Shown here: one piece after another, positions 30,571 to 41,026 of the stretch
How positions within the stretch are numbered: position 1 is the stretch's first letter
Layout of the letters: every line of letters begins with the position of its first letter
From: an uncultured delta proteobacterium
Lineage (GTDB): Bacteria > Desulfobacterota > Binatia > UBA9968
Assembly: GCA_963745835.1 (NCBI GenBank)
Contig: CAVUZH010000019.1
Span: forward strand, 1 to 64,000
Direction of reading: 5' to 3'
DNA: 64,000 nt
Position numbers and translations under genes: made by a program
Notes under the pieces: generated by a model
What the model saw: only the letters and a program-made list of their open reading frames with translations
The model's database searches: none
What the model was told of the DNA's origin: nothing

Positions 30571-32889
30571 TTACTCTGGGATCGGCATCGAAAAGCCGCA
30601 CTCTTTGTTGCGGCAGCGTCTGCTGCGACCGGCCCGTTTGGTAACCTTCTCGACCAAGATAGGAGCGTTGCAGTCCGGGCATGGCCCTGGAACCGGTTTG
30701 TCCCAGGTAGCAAACTTACAATCCGGATAACGATCACAGCCGTAGAACATTTTGCCCCAGCGCGATTTACGTTCTTTCACGTTGCCTTCGCCGCAGTCCG
30801 GGCACTTGATGCCAAGGTCCACCGGTTTTTCCAGAGGACGTATGGTCTTACACTCGGGATAGCCACTACAGCCGAGAAACTTGCCGTACTTACCCCAACG
30901 AAGAAGCATCGGCCTGCCGCAGTTCTCGCAGCTTTCGTCGACCTGCACTTCTTCAGCGACTTTGAGTTCGCCGTTCTCATCGCGGCTGAAATTTTTGGTG
31001 CTTTTGCATTCAGGATATTGAGGGCAGGCTAAGAACTCGCCGTTGCGTCCCCATTTAATGACCATCATTGCGCCGCATTTTTCGCACGGGATTTCCGTCG
31101 GCACCTCTTGCCGCTTGACGTCGCGCATCTCGGTTTCCGCTTTCTTGAGATCGCGCGAGAAAGGGGTGTAGAAGCGCTTCATCGCTTTGGTCCACTTCTC
31201 TTTCCCCTCTTCTATCTTGTCCAATTCATCTTCCATTCCGGCCGTGAACTCAACATTGAGAATGTCGGGAAAGCTTTCCACCAGCAGATCGGTCACTAAG
31301 AAGCCCAAATCGGTCGGCGCTAAGGTGCGCCGCTCATCCTGAGCCACATATTCACGGTCGATGATATTCGAGATGATCGCGGCGTAAGTTGACGGCCGTC
31401 CGATACCTTTCTCGTCGAGTTCTTTAATCAGCGAGGCCGGCGTGTAACGCGGCGGCGGCTGAGTAAAATGTTGGCGCGGATCCATGGAGAGCAGAGAGAG
31501 GGCGTCGCCTCCTTGTAGATCGGGCAACACGCCATCGCTATCTTGAGCCTCGCGTTCCGCCTCGTCTTCGCCGTCTTCAGTTTCTTTGCCGGCCGGAGCA
31601 TCTCGCCCTTCGATGTAAACCTTCATGAAGCCGTCAAACTTGATCTGCTGTCCGGTGGCGCGAAACAGCGCTTCTCGCACCGGAATCTCAAAACTCGTCT
31701 GATCAAATACCGCCGGCACCATTTGGCTGGCAACGAACCGATCCCAGATCAGCGAGTAGAGTTGGAAAGCGTCGCGGCGCAAATACGGCCGAACTCGCGC
31801 CGGGGTGTACTCCAGCGAAGTCGGTCGAATCGCCTCATGAGCGTCCTGCGCGCCTTTTTTCGAGCGATAGCTGTTTGGCTTGCCTGGAAGATAGTTTTTT
31901 CCATACTGCCCGCCTATGAACTGGCGCACTGCGGCAAGCGCGTCGTTGGACACGCGGGTCGAATCGGTTCGCATGTAAGTAATCAAACCTACGGAACCTT
32001 CCTGCCCGAGCTCCACGCCCTCGTAAAGTTGCTGGGCCAATTGCATGGTTCGTTTGGGCTGAAAACCCAACTTTCGCGCCGCCTCTTGTTGCAGTTTGCT
32101 GGTGACAAACGGCGGCGTCGGATAGCGCCGTCGCTCCTTCTTCTCGACTTCGCCGATAATCCATGACGCGCCGTCAAGAGACTTGACGATCTCCTGCACC
32201 ATGGGCTCGTTCTCGAGTCGGAATTTCTTGTTGTCTACCTTGTTCCCTCGCCATTGAACGAGCCGGGCTTTGAACGACGGCGGCAGACGTCCTTCGAGAA
32301 GGGCTGTCAAAGACCAGTACTCTTGCGCGGTAAACGCCCGTATCTCCTTTTCGCGCTCGCAAACCAACCGCACCGCCACCGACTGTACGCGCCCCGCACT
32401 GAGGCCGCGCCTGACTTTGTTCCAAAGCAGCGGGCTCAGTTGATAACCGACCAGACGGTCGAGCACCCGTCGCGCGATTTGCGCGTCGAACTTGTTGCGA
32501 TCCAATTCGAGCGGATTCGCGATCGCCTCCTGGACCGCCTTCTTGGTGATTTCGTTGATCAAGACGCGATGAACGTTCTTGTGATTCTTGGCCACTTGAT
32601 CGGCGATATGCCACGCGATTGCTTCGCCCTCTCGGTCGGGATCGGACGCAAGATAGATCTTCTCCTTGCCCTTGGCCGCTTTTTTCAAATCGTCAATGAC
32701 TTTTTTCTTTGCCTGGATGACATGGAAGTCAGGCTCAAAATTTTTCTTGACGTCGACACCGAGTTTGCTCTTGGGCAGATCGACCACATGGCCTACGGAA
32801 GCTTTGACTTGATAATCTCGGCCCAAATATTTTTCCAAGGTCTTGGCCTTGGCGGGAGATTCCACGATGACTAGATTTTTTGCTGGCAT
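30571..32889 (-). CDS. topA: DNA topoisomerase I with C-terminal zinc ribbons
   Basis: IVESPAKAKT, DPDREGEAI, SAGRVQS, ITYMRTDS, GIGRPSTYA, three C4 fingers. Confidence 0.97.
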   Translation of the reverse strand: MPAKNLVIVESPAKAKTLEKYLGRDYQVKASVGHVVDLPKSKLGVDVKKNFEPDFHVIQAKKKVIDDLKKAAKGKEKIYLASDPDREGEAIAWHIADQVAKNHKNVHRVLINEITKKAVQEAIANPLELDRNKFDAQIARRVLDRLVGYQLSPLLWNKVRRGLSAGRVQSVAVRLVCEREKEIRAFTAQEYWSLTALLEGRLPPSFKARLVQWRGNKVDNKKFRLENEPMVQEIVKSLDGASWIIGEVEKKERRRYPTPPFVTSKLQQEAARKLGFQPKRTMQLAQQLYEGVELGQEGSVGLITYMRTDSTRVSNDALAAVRQFIGGQYGKNYLPGKPNSYRSKKGAQDAHEAIRPTSLEYTPARVRPYLRRDAFQLYSLIWDRFVASQMVPAVFDQTSFEIPVREALFRATGQQIKFDGFMKVYIEGRDAPAGKETEDGEDEAEREAQDSDGVLPDLQGGDALSLLSMDPRQHFTQPPPRYTPASLIKELDEKGIGRPSTYAAIISNIIDREYVAQDERRTLAPTDLGFLVTDLLVESFPDILNVEFTAGMEDELDKIEEGKEKWTKAMKRFYTPFSRDLKKAETEMRDVKRQEVPTEIPCEKCGAMMVIKWGRNGEFLACPQYPECKSTKNFSRDENGELKVAEEVQVDESCENCGRPMLLRWGKYGKFLGCSGYPECKTIRPLEKPVDLGIKCPDCGEGNVKERKSRWGKMFYGCDRYPDCKFATWDKPVPGPCPDCNAPILVEKVTKRAGRSRRCRNKECGFSMPIPE

Positions 32890-32929
32890 AACGCTCAACC
32901 CATCCTTGTTGTCTAACACTATGAACAGT

Positions 32930-34069
32930 TTAACATTCCGCTGAATAGCGATTGCCCGGGAGTTGCTTGAGAAACCCCTGCAACTCAAGTTCCAAAAGAA
33001 TTTGCGACACTCTCGAAGCCGAGAAGCCACTGGCTTCGATCACTTCATCGATGTGCAACGAACGCTCTTGAAGCAAGTCAAAAATCTTGTGCGTTTCGGG
33101 TTGCGCATCGACCGGCAAGGTTCGCAGCGCCGCCGGTTGACGATCGCGCGCGACTAACTGCGGCGCGATCTCTTCGAGAATGTCATCGACGTTTTCAACC
33201 AGTTTGGCCCCCTGGCGAATCAGTCGATGGCCACCGCGACTGCGGCTTGAGCCCACTTCTCCCGGGACAGCAAAAACTTCTCTCCCCTGTTCCAGCGCGA
33301 TCGCAGCGGTGATTAACGAACCGCTCTTCTCAGTGGCTTCGACCACCACTACACCTGCTGAAAGACCGCTGATCAGGCGATTACGCGCCGGAAAATTGAA
33401 CGCCAGGGGCGGAGCGCCGAGCGGCAACTCGGAAATCACCGCGCCGTTCTCGCTGATCCGATGATAAAGCTTCCGATGCTCCGGCGGATAAGCTCGGTCC
33501 ACCCCCGAGCCCAGTACCGCAATGGTTCGGCCGCCAGCGTTGAGTGCTTCATCGTGAGCCACGCCGTCGATGCCCCGGGCCATACCGCTGATCACGGTAA
33601 AGCCCAGAGAAGCCAGCCCGCGACACAGATCACGAGCTACTCGCCGTCCATAGTGGCTCGCACTGCGCGTGCCAATCACGGCTACGGCCTTATCATCTTC
33701 TCGCCGAATCTCGCCCTTCACGTAGAGACAAGGAGGCGGGTCAACGATGCTGCGCAAACGAGCTGGATAGATTCCGCTGCCAAATGGGATGATTTTCACT
33801 CCCGCTTCTTCGGCGCGCTGCACCTCCTGCTCAACCTCATCCCATTGCGTGAAAGCTAGCAGCCCATCGACTGCTTTGCGGTCGATTCCTTCAATGGCAG
33901 AGAGTTCAGCGGCTGTAGCCGATAACGACTGGGTGGGATCGGCGAAGTGGCTGGCCAGCTTTTTAAAACTGATACAGCCTAACCCTTTGATCCGAGTCAG
34001 CGCAAGCCACAAAGCATGTTCACTGTGATCCGGCTTGGACAAACGACACCCCTCAAGAAAGTTACGCAT
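32930..34069 (-). CDS. dprA: DNA-protecting protein DprA/Smf
   Basis: SGMARGIDG..H, FPARNRLISGLS, VVEA..SGSLITA, C-terminal winged helix. Confidence 0.95.
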   Translation of the reverse strand: MRNFLEGCRLSKPDHSEHALWLALTRIKGLGCISFKKLASHFADPTQSLSATAAELSAIEGIDRKAVDGLLAFTQWDEVEQEVQRAEEAGVKIIPFGSGIYPARLRSIVDPPPCLYVKGEIRREDDKAVAVIGTRSASHYGRRVARDLCRGLASLGFTVISGMARGIDGVAHDEALNAGGRTIAVLGSGVDRAYPPEHRKLYHRISENGAVISELPLGAPPLAFNFPARNRLISGLSAGVVVVEATEKSGSLITAAIALEQGREVFAVPGEVGSSRSRGGHRLIRQGAKLVENVDDILEEIAPQLVARDRQPAALRTLPVDAQPETHKIFDLLQERSLHIDEVIEASGFSASRVSQILLELELQGFLKQLPGNRYSAEC

Positions 34070-34537
34070 GCCTGAATCACATTCGTTCCAGGTTTGTCAA
34101 CTGCCATGTAGAACGCTGGACAGCAGGATTAAAAAGGATAAGCGAAATTTCCGAGGAAGGCTAGAACTCGCTATTAGAGATCCGCGATAAGCTTCAACGG
34201 AATTCTGGTGTTGGCTAAAGCATGTTGAATTTGCGAACCTTTCTACAACATCAACAGCTTGATGCTCATAACAGAACGCACTTTGCTGCGAATGAGACAT
34301 CACAGAAGCAATCAGACACATTTCTGCACAAGTCGTATAAAGCCGACGCATCGCTGCGCTATGTGCGCAATCGGATCGCACCCTGTAAGATGATAGGAAG
34401 TATTACTGTCATTTAGCGCAAGCCGGCTCAAACGAAACTGACAACGTCGGCGTAGAAACTTCAGGCTTGCTGCAAAGTAGACTTCGTTTGGCCGCGCCGC
34501 TTGCCGATAGCCAAATGATACTTTGGCATTTCGTGAT

Positions 34538-35918
34538 TTATCTTCGTTGCTCGCGCCGCGCGCGCAGGAAGAGCCTAATCGGCGTGTGCTCCAATCCTAA
34601 GCTGTCGCGCATCTGATGAATCAAATATCTGCGGTAGCCTTCGCCGACCGCAGATGGCGTGTTCACAAATAGAGTGAAAGTCGGCGGGCGCGTGCCGGTT
34701 TGAGTACCGTAATAGAATTTTACCGGCCGTCCCTGGTTCAGCGGCGCGGGATGCGCTTTGACGATTGTCTGTAACGCTTGATTGAGAGCCGAGGTTGAAA
34801 TCTTGCGCTGATAGGCTTTGAGCAATCGGCCGGCGGTGTCAAGCATTTTTCTCACCCCAAAGCCGGTCGCAGCCGAGATAAATGCTACAGGAACATGTTC
34901 GAGGAATGACAATTGATAATAAACCTCCGCGCGATAGGCTTCGACGTCCTTGTCATCCTTAGCCGGTAAATCCCATTTGTTAATCGCCAGCAGTAGCGCC
35001 TTGCCGCGTTGGTACGCATAGGCCAAAATTTGAGCGTCCTGGTCAGTCACTCCTTCCGCTGCATCGATGACGTGAATGACAAGATCGCCTCGATCGACAA
35101 CCCGGAGCGCGCGTTGCACGCTAAACCGCTCAACCTTATCATCGATCCTGGCCTTGCGCCGCATACCGGCAGTATCGACGAGAATACAAGGCAGACCGTT
35201 TAGTTCGAAGGGCGTGTCCAGAGCATCTCGGGTGGTTCCAGGTTTTGAGTGAACGACGGAGCGCTCAAAGCCAAGCAAGCGGTTCGTAAGCGTCGACTTG
35301 CCAGCATTGGGACGGCCAATGATGGTTACGCACAGCGGCGCTTCCGGTTTTTCTTGCGCCATTTGATCGTTAGCTTCCGGCTCATCCGGAAACAGGCTGA
35401 CGATCTCACTCATAATGTCCGACACACCGATGCCGTGCTCCGCCGAGAGCGGGTACAACCGATCCAAACCCAAAGAATAAAACTCATACAGGTTGTCTTG
35501 TTTCTTGAGAGTATCGAGTTTGTTGACTCCGAAAAATACCGGCTTGTTGGCTTTGCGAAGCTGCTTGATGGCTTGTCGATCGATGCGGGTTAAGCCCGCC
35601 CTTGCCGTCAAGTAGAAAGAGAATCACGTCAGCTTCCGAGATGGCACTCCGGGTCTGTCCCTGGACCCGCTCTTCGAGACCGCCTTCAGCCTCGCTGTCC
35701 AGACCTCCGGTATCCACCAGCAGGAATTTCTTACCGGACCACTTGGCGGCTCCGTAATTGCGATCACGAGTGACGCCGGGAAGGTCGTGAACAATAGCTT
35801 TGCGCTCGCCGACCAGGCGATTGAAGAGCGTCGATTTGCCGACATTGGGCCTTCCGACAATAGCCAAGATCGGCAGTTTCCCTACGGAATCGTTCTGGCG
35901 CGGCGCCGGCTCGACCAT
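34538..35918 (-). CDS. der: Ribosome biogenesis GTPase Der/EngA (apparent +1 frameshift ~35590)
   Basis: Two G domains ([21 protein letters not shown]; [17 protein letters not shown]) and KH-like tail, split over ORFs 35484..35918 and 34538..35611. Confidence 0.94.
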
Positions 35919-35919
35919 C

Positions 35920-36843
35920 TTACAAACCCATCTCCGTTAAAGCGTAGGGATTTTGCGTCCAACCCTGATCGACCCGGATGAACAACTCCAAGTATATTTT
36001 GCAACCCAGCAAATTTTCCAGCTCTTCGCGGGCGCGCTGGCCGATCTCTTTCAGCATCGCGCCTCTTTTGCCAATTAGAATCGGCTTGTGCGACTCGCGC
36101 TCGGTGTGGATTGTCGCTTGAATCACAATCAGATTCTTCTCCTCTTTTTCGGTGAATTCATCGATGCTCACGCCGACGCCGTAGGGGATCTCCTCGTGGG
36201 TGAGCAAGAATACTTTCTCACGGATAATCTCGGCGGCAAGAAATCGCTCGCTCTGATCGGTAAACTCTCCTTCGGGAAAAAACTTCGGTCCCTCGGGCAA
36301 ACCTTTTTCGACCAGATCCAATACCAGGGGCAGGTTTTCTCCTTTGAGGGCGCTGATGGGAACAATTTCCTTTCCGGGCAACAGTTCCGCGCAACGTTGG
36401 ATCAGCGGCAGCAGCTTCCCCTTGGAAACCAAGTCGATTTTGTTCAAAAGGATCAATACCGGACTCTTTACGCCTCGCAGAGTTTCGGCAATTCTTTCGT
36501 CTTCCGGGCCGATTCTGCTGCGCGAGTCGAGCAGCCACAGCACGCCATCGACTTCATGCAGGCTCTGCAGGGCCACCTCGACCATGCGCCGGTTCATCAG
36601 CGAGCGCGCCTGGTGTATTCCCGGGGTATCCAGAAAAACGATCTGCGAGCGCGAGCTGGTTTTAATGCCGGTGATGCGATTGCGCGTCGTCTGAGGTTTG
36701 GGCGAGACGATTGCAACTTTTTCCCCGAGTAGATTATTCAGCAACGTCGACTTGCCGACATTGGGCCGGCCGACGATCGCAATGTAGCCTGATCGAAACG
36801 GCGGTTCTTTGTCGCTCTTTTTCTTTGCGCTTCCCTTTGTCAT
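35920..36843 (-). CDS. era: GTPase Era
   Basis: [35 protein letters not shown] domain. Confidence 0.96.
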   Translation of the reverse strand: MTKGSAKKKSDKEPPFRSGYIAIVGRPNVGKSTLLNNLLGEKVAIVSPKPQTTRNRITGIKTSSRSQIVFLDTPGIHQARSLMNRRMVEVALQSLHEVDGVLWLLDSRSRIGPEDERIAETLRGVKSPVLILLNKIDLVSKGKLLPLIQRCAELLPGKEIVPISALKGENLPLVLDLVEKGLPEGPKFFPEGEFTDQSERFLAAEIIREKVFLLTHEEIPYGVGVSIDEFTEKEEKNLIVIQATIHTERESHKPILIGKRGAMLKEIGQRAREELENLLGCKIYLELFIRVDQGWTQNPYALTEMGL

Positions 36844-36923
36844 AACTTCCGATCTATAAACTAGATTATGGCACGGTCCAATCAACGTTCAAACTCGCCG
36901 ATCTTCAAACCAGCTCGGATATC

Positions 36924-37517
36924 GTGCCGCTTAAACTCACACCTTTGATGAAGAAGCGGCTTACGCGCCGCGCTCAGGAAATGATCGCGCGCTCTCTGCC
37001 GCACTTTCCGGAATTGAACGGAAGAACGATCACCGTCGGATATACGCGCAAGCACCTGGGAAGCGCGAGCATCATTTATCGCGGCGGCAAAATCGTGCGG
37101 CTGATCATCCGCTTTAAAGTCCGGAAATTAACTTACCAGACGATCGGGCATGAGCTCACGCATCTGGTGCAGGCACTGGTGCGCGGTGACCGCCCGCATA
37201 GGGATTCAATCGATTTGCCGAAAATACCGTACGGCGAGAAGCCGTGCGACATCTGGACACTGGCACGTCACGAGCTCTTCTGCGACGATCCACCGACCTA
37301 CATCAAAATGCCCCGAATCATGCGCGAGCATTGGTTCGACTATGCCGAACCAGTGCGCAGATTGTGCATCGCAGCCATCGAACAGCGGATCACCCAGCGG
37401 CTTTACATTCACTGGCTTGAAACAGAAGTCGGCAAGCTGATCAAGGCTGCGCCCCGGCGGCAGTCGTTTCCAGCGCAGCTTAGCTTGCCGTTTGCCGATT
37501 CGAATAATCCAGACTGA
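36924..37517 (+). CDS. Hypothetical HExxH zinc metallopeptidase-like protein
   Basis: TIGHELTHLVQ plus downstream GEKPCD glutamate; basic N-terminus; C-terminal QLSLPF. Confidence 0.62.
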   Translation: MPLKLTPLMKKRLTRRAQEMIARSLPHFPELNGRTITVGYTRKHLGSASIIYRGGKIVRLIIRFKVRKLTYQTIGHELTHLVQALVRGDRPHRDSIDLPKIPYGEKPCDIWTLARHELFCDDPPTYIKMPRIMREHWFDYAEPVRRLCIAAIEQRITQRLYIHWLETEVGKLIKAAPRRQSFPAQLSLPFADSNNPD

Positions 37518-37520
37518 TAG

Positions 37521-38462
37521 TCAATACAGCTTTATCATTGCGTCTACTTCTTTGAGCTCTTCAGCTGTTAGCTGCCAATCGCTGGCTTTTACATTGCTCA
37601 CGACTTGTTCAGCCTTGGTCGCGCCGGAGATCACGGAGCAAACAGGCGGCTGCGCCAGTAGCCATGCCTGCGCCAGCTCATTGACGCCACGCCCCCGAGC
37701 CTTGGCCCAGGCCGCTAATCGACTGACTCGATCGTAGTTAAGCTCGGTCATGAGCTCTTGCACATTTCTGGTACTCGCGCCGCGAGAGCCCGCGGGCGCC
37801 GGTTTCCCTTGCTCGTATTTGCCGGTGAGAAAGCCGCCTGCCAGCGGGTAATAAGGAACGAAGCCCACTCGATGAGCGCGGCAGTAGGGTAACACTTCTC
37901 TTTCAACATCGCGCCGTAGCAAATTGTACTCGGATTGAATAACCACAAAGGAGGACCAGCCCTTCAATTCGGCCAAAACGTTGGCGTGAGCCAACTGCCA
38001 TGACGCATAAGCCGACGCGCCAATGTAGCGCACTTTACCCATACGAATGACGTCATCCAAGGCCCGCAACGTCTCCTCGATCGGCGTCGAGGCATCCCAG
38101 CGATGGGTATAATAAAGATCGATATGGTCGGTCTGCAGCCGGCGCAAACTCGCATCAAGCGCCTGCATCATGTGGTAACGCGATGCGCCCCAAGAGTTCG
38201 GATCGGTTTTTCTCGGAAATGAAAACTTGCTGGCCAAGACCACTTGATCCATGCGCCCTTTCAGCGCATGCCCCAAGGTTTCTTCGGATCGGCCTTCGGT
38301 GTAAACGTTAGCGGTATCGAAAAAATTTACTCCAAGATCGAGGGCTTGATTGATGATGCTGTCGACATCGGCTTGGCCTACTTCCTTTGAACCGAATCGA
38401 TTGGCGCCAAGTCCAATCGCAGAAACGCGCACCCCGGCATTGCCCAGCTGACGGTACTCCAT
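37521..38462 (-). CDS. Aldo/keto reductase
   Basis: FFDTANVY, SLRRLQTDHIDLY, GKVRYIG, PLAGGFLTGKY. Confidence 0.93.
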   Translation of the reverse strand: MEYRQLGNAGVRVSAIGLGANRFGSKEVGQADVDSIINQALDLGVNFFDTANVYTEGRSEETLGHALKGRMDQVVLASKFSFPRKTDPNSWGASRYHMMQALDASLRRLQTDHIDLYYTHRWDASTPIEETLRALDDVIRMGKVRYIGASAYASWQLAHANVLAELKGWSSFVVIQSEYNLLRRDVEREVLPYCRAHRVGFVPYYPLAGGFLTGKYEQGKPAPAGSRGASTRNVQELMTELNYDRVSRLAAWAKARGRGVNELAQAWLLAQPPVCSVISGATKAEQVVSNVKASDWQLTAEELKEVDAMIKLY

Positions 38463-38491
38463 GGAATCTCCTTCAGGTGATTGAGAGAGAA

Positions 38492-38857
38492 TTATCTGTT
38501 TCGCAAGAACTCAGAGAGAGAGACGACATTACCCCGGCGAGTAGGTCCATGAGAACGACTCCTGCCGCACTTCCAGCATTCGGTGAATTGTCCTTCGATC
38601 TCCTCAGCGCAGGCGCCACAGGTCCATGGCTTCTTGACCGATTTCAACGGCGCCATGGTTTTTTTTAAAATCGATCTAGCCCTGACAAGCTGCTCATCGT
38701 CAACCCACAGTTCGGGCCAGCAATCGATGGGCGGGAGTTCGCCCGCGGCAGTGGAAAGATCAAGATTTTTGGTAACGCACGTAATACCGTAGGTGCCCAA
38801 AACGTTTCTCAAATGGCCGATCATCAGGGGATCTTTGGCGCAGTAAACCTTCTTCAT
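38492..38857 (-). CDS. DUF2007 domain protein with RanBP2-like zinc finger
   Basis: GELPPIDCWPELWV; WTCGAC...FTECWKCG. Confidence 0.8.
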   Translation of the reverse strand: MKKVYCAKDPLMIGHLRNVLGTYGITCVTKNLDLSTAAGELPPIDCWPELWVDDEQLVRARSILKKTMAPLKSVKKPWTCGACAEEIEGQFTECWKCGRSRSHGPTRRGNVVSLSEFLRNR

Positions 38858-38876
38858 TGATTTTCGATTACAATGC

Positions 38877-39215
38877 TCAGCCGCGCCGCAGCACCTCTTC
38901 TCTTAACTTCAAAACTTCTCCTAGCCAAAGAGAACGCTCCAGATGATCGCCATAACTATCGCCGGTCGATGGATGAACCAACACGGTTAAGCCTTGCCGG
39001 TTAACCATCAACCAGGGAACAACTCGGGCGAATTCGTCGTTTGCAAATAGCGCCTGATACATCGCCTTCGGATGAGGTCCAACGGGCTCGTCATGCCAGC
39101 TGCCAAGCTGAACATTGAAGTTCGCCAGCCCTGCGCGTACCCGCGCCGCCGCTTCACGGCTCGCCGGATCATAGTAGATATGCGCATGATAGCCTTTAAT
39201 CTCCCGCTGGCTCAT
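38877..39215 (-). CDS. DOPA 4,5-dioxygenase family protein
   Basis: YHAHIYY, PVGPHP, VLVHPSTG..DH..WLG. Confidence 0.9.
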   Translation of the reverse strand: MSQREIKGYHAHIYYDPASREAAARVRAGLANFNVQLGSWHDEPVGPHPKAMYQALFANDEFARVVPWLMVNRQGLTVLVHPSTGDSYGDHLERSLWLGEVLKLREEVLRRG

Positions 39216-39536
39216 AAAATGGCTCCTTGAGGCTTCCTAGTGTTGTACCAAATCTGCTCGCCGGATTCCAAACGGTGATCGCCATGTGACTATATATACA
39301 TATACGCTTATCGTCGCGAATTCAGTAACGCTACGTTGACAGCCAGCGGGCCTTTCAGGTAACTCTCGAGCAAGCTCCGGCATAAGGTAATGAGGATGCT
39401 GGCGGAACATATCAAAATGACCCGGCAATAAGCAAAACAAACCAGGCGATCTCAACAATCACATGCTCTTTACGTCTCACTGACACCATTCCGGCCAAAG
39501 CCGGGAATAGCTTGCGCGAACCGCACCGATGAATTT

Positions 39537-39556
39537 TCCGCAATCTAGATTGCGGA
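39537..39556. promoter_or_regulatory. Perfect 20-bp palindrome, candidate operator
   Basis: TCCGCAATCTAGATTGCGGA, 57 bp upstream of the second cupin dioxygenase. Confidence 0.5.
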
Positions 39557-39613
39557 TAGTAAAGAGGCCCGTTTCATCCCAATCCCGCAACCGACAATAA
39601 CACGAGGTGCCCC

Positions 39614-40663
39614 ATGCAGTTTTCAAAAGAAGTCCAAGAGTTGAATGATCTCATGCGCGGACGCTGGGTTTCGGGATTGTGGAATCTTGATCATGCGGAA
39701 CGGCCGTCCGCCCCCAAGACCCGAGTCCAAGCGCACCTTTGGAAGTGGCACGATGTTGTCGACAGCTTGGTCCAGGCCAAGGAGAAAATCACCGTTGCCC
39801 GCGGCAGTGTCGAGCGGCGCGTCATCCGGCTCGTCAATCCCGGTCTAGCGGAAACGGAAATGACCAGCCACACCATCCTGCTTTCTTTTCAGCTCATTCA
39901 GCCCGGCGAAGTCGCGCCGGCACACCGGCACACGATGTCCGCATTTCGATTCGTCTTGCACGGCCATGGAGCTTACACCAACGTCGATGGCCAGAAAATG
40001 GTCATGGAAGATGGCGATCTGATTTTGACACCACAAGGCTCCTGGCACGAGCACGCCCATGAAGGCGATGAAAACATGATCTGGATCGACGGGCTCGACG
40101 TCCCGTTCGTTCAAGCGCTGAATCAGATTTCTTTCGATCCCTATCCTCAGGGACGATTGCCGGTTCAGGAGCGGCCCGATGCCGAAGTCTATTATGGTCT
40201 CACACGTCCGGTTGGCGAGTTGACTGAACAGAAGCCGCCGCTGCTTCATTATCACTGGCGAGATACCTACAACTCGCTGCAACAATTAGCGCGCGCAACA
40301 ACGAACCCCTACGACGGCGTGGCGCTGGAATATGTAAACCCGGCGACGGGCGGTTCGACCTTGCCGACAATGTCGTGTCAAATTCAAATGCTGCGAGCGG
40401 GTGAAAAGACGAAGACTCACCGCCACACCAGCACCAGCATCTATCATGCCTTCCGCGGCAGCGGCACTACAATCATCAATGGAGAACCGTTTCATTGGGA
40501 AACGGGAGACACGTTCGTCGTTCCTCTATGGTCATGGCATGAGCACGCTAATCGGTCAAATAAAGACGAAGCCATTCTCTTCTCGATGCATGACTCGCCG
40601 ATTCTCAAAGCGTTTGGCCTGTACAGAGAAGAGGGGAAGGAAGATTCGGCTAAGAAAATTTAG
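39614..40663 (+). CDS. Gentisate 1,2-dioxygenase-family bicupin (second paralog)
   Basis: ERRVIRLVNPGL, APAHRHTMSAFRF, WHEH, WIDGLDVP, YVNPATGGSTLPTM. Confidence 0.87.
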   Translation: MQFSKEVQELNDLMRGRWVSGLWNLDHAERPSAPKTRVQAHLWKWHDVVDSLVQAKEKITVARGSVERRVIRLVNPGLAETEMTSHTILLSFQLIQPGEVAPAHRHTMSAFRFVLHGHGAYTNVDGQKMVMEDGDLILTPQGSWHEHAHEGDENMIWIDGLDVPFVQALNQISFDPYPQGRLPVQERPDAEVYYGLTRPVGELTEQKPPLLHYHWRDTYNSLQQLARATTNPYDGVALEYVNPATGGSTLPTMSCQIQMLRAGEKTKTHRHTSTSIYHAFRGSGTTIINGEPFHWETGDTFVVPLWSWHEHANRSNKDEAILFSMHDSPILKAFGLYREEGKEDSAKKI

Positions 40664-40734
40664 CAGGGAGTTGATTAATGCGCAGAACGAGATGGACTTC
40701 CTTTAAGTGTCGAAGCAACTAGCTGCGCGATGTC

Positions 40735-40767
40735 AGCTAATCCCAAACTCGGCGGCGCTGTTTAGCC
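40735..40767 (-). other. Degenerate attC-like remnant
   Basis: Minus strand GGCTAAAC-AGCGCCGCCGAGTTTGGGA-TTAGCT resembles a collapsed attC ending the TA cassette. Confidence 0.3.
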
Positions 40768-40812
40768 AGCGATCAGTTCCTCCTGGGCTTCATCCAGGAT
40801 TTCGATCTTCAA
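40762..40812 (-). pseudogene. Truncated RelE/ParE-type toxin (16 aa remnant MKIEILDEAQEELIAG)
   Basis: TTG start overlapping the antitoxin stop; typical ParE-like N-terminus followed by TAA. Confidence 0.5.
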
Positions 40813-41026
40813 GACACCTTGTTGCGGATCTCTACTTTGGCCGTTTCCCAAAGCTCAAATCGAGCCTTTCCATCTGCAATTCGCTCGACGGCGTTCATCG
40901 AGGACCTCTTCGTGCCAAGCAGGTGATTCAATGGATTCTGCAGAACGGGCCAGGTCCTCCCAAGGTGCCTCCATCGCTGCCAGTTTCTTATGGAGGGTCA
41001 TCTCTTTTAAAGGTAGATTTTGACAT
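40809..41026 (-). pseudogene. Addiction-module antitoxin component (two apparent +1 frameshifts)
   Basis: Reconstructs to MSNLPLKEMTLHKKLAAMEA.WEDL...SPAWHEEVLDERR..IADGKARFELWETAKVEIRNKVS. Confidence 0.72.

Noticed and set aside
34538-35918. Programmed frameshifting or pseudogenisation of der, oppD and alr
   Set aside because: No slippery heptamer or stimulatory structure seen, and the same +1 pattern recurs in unrelated genes; sequence error is more parsimonious
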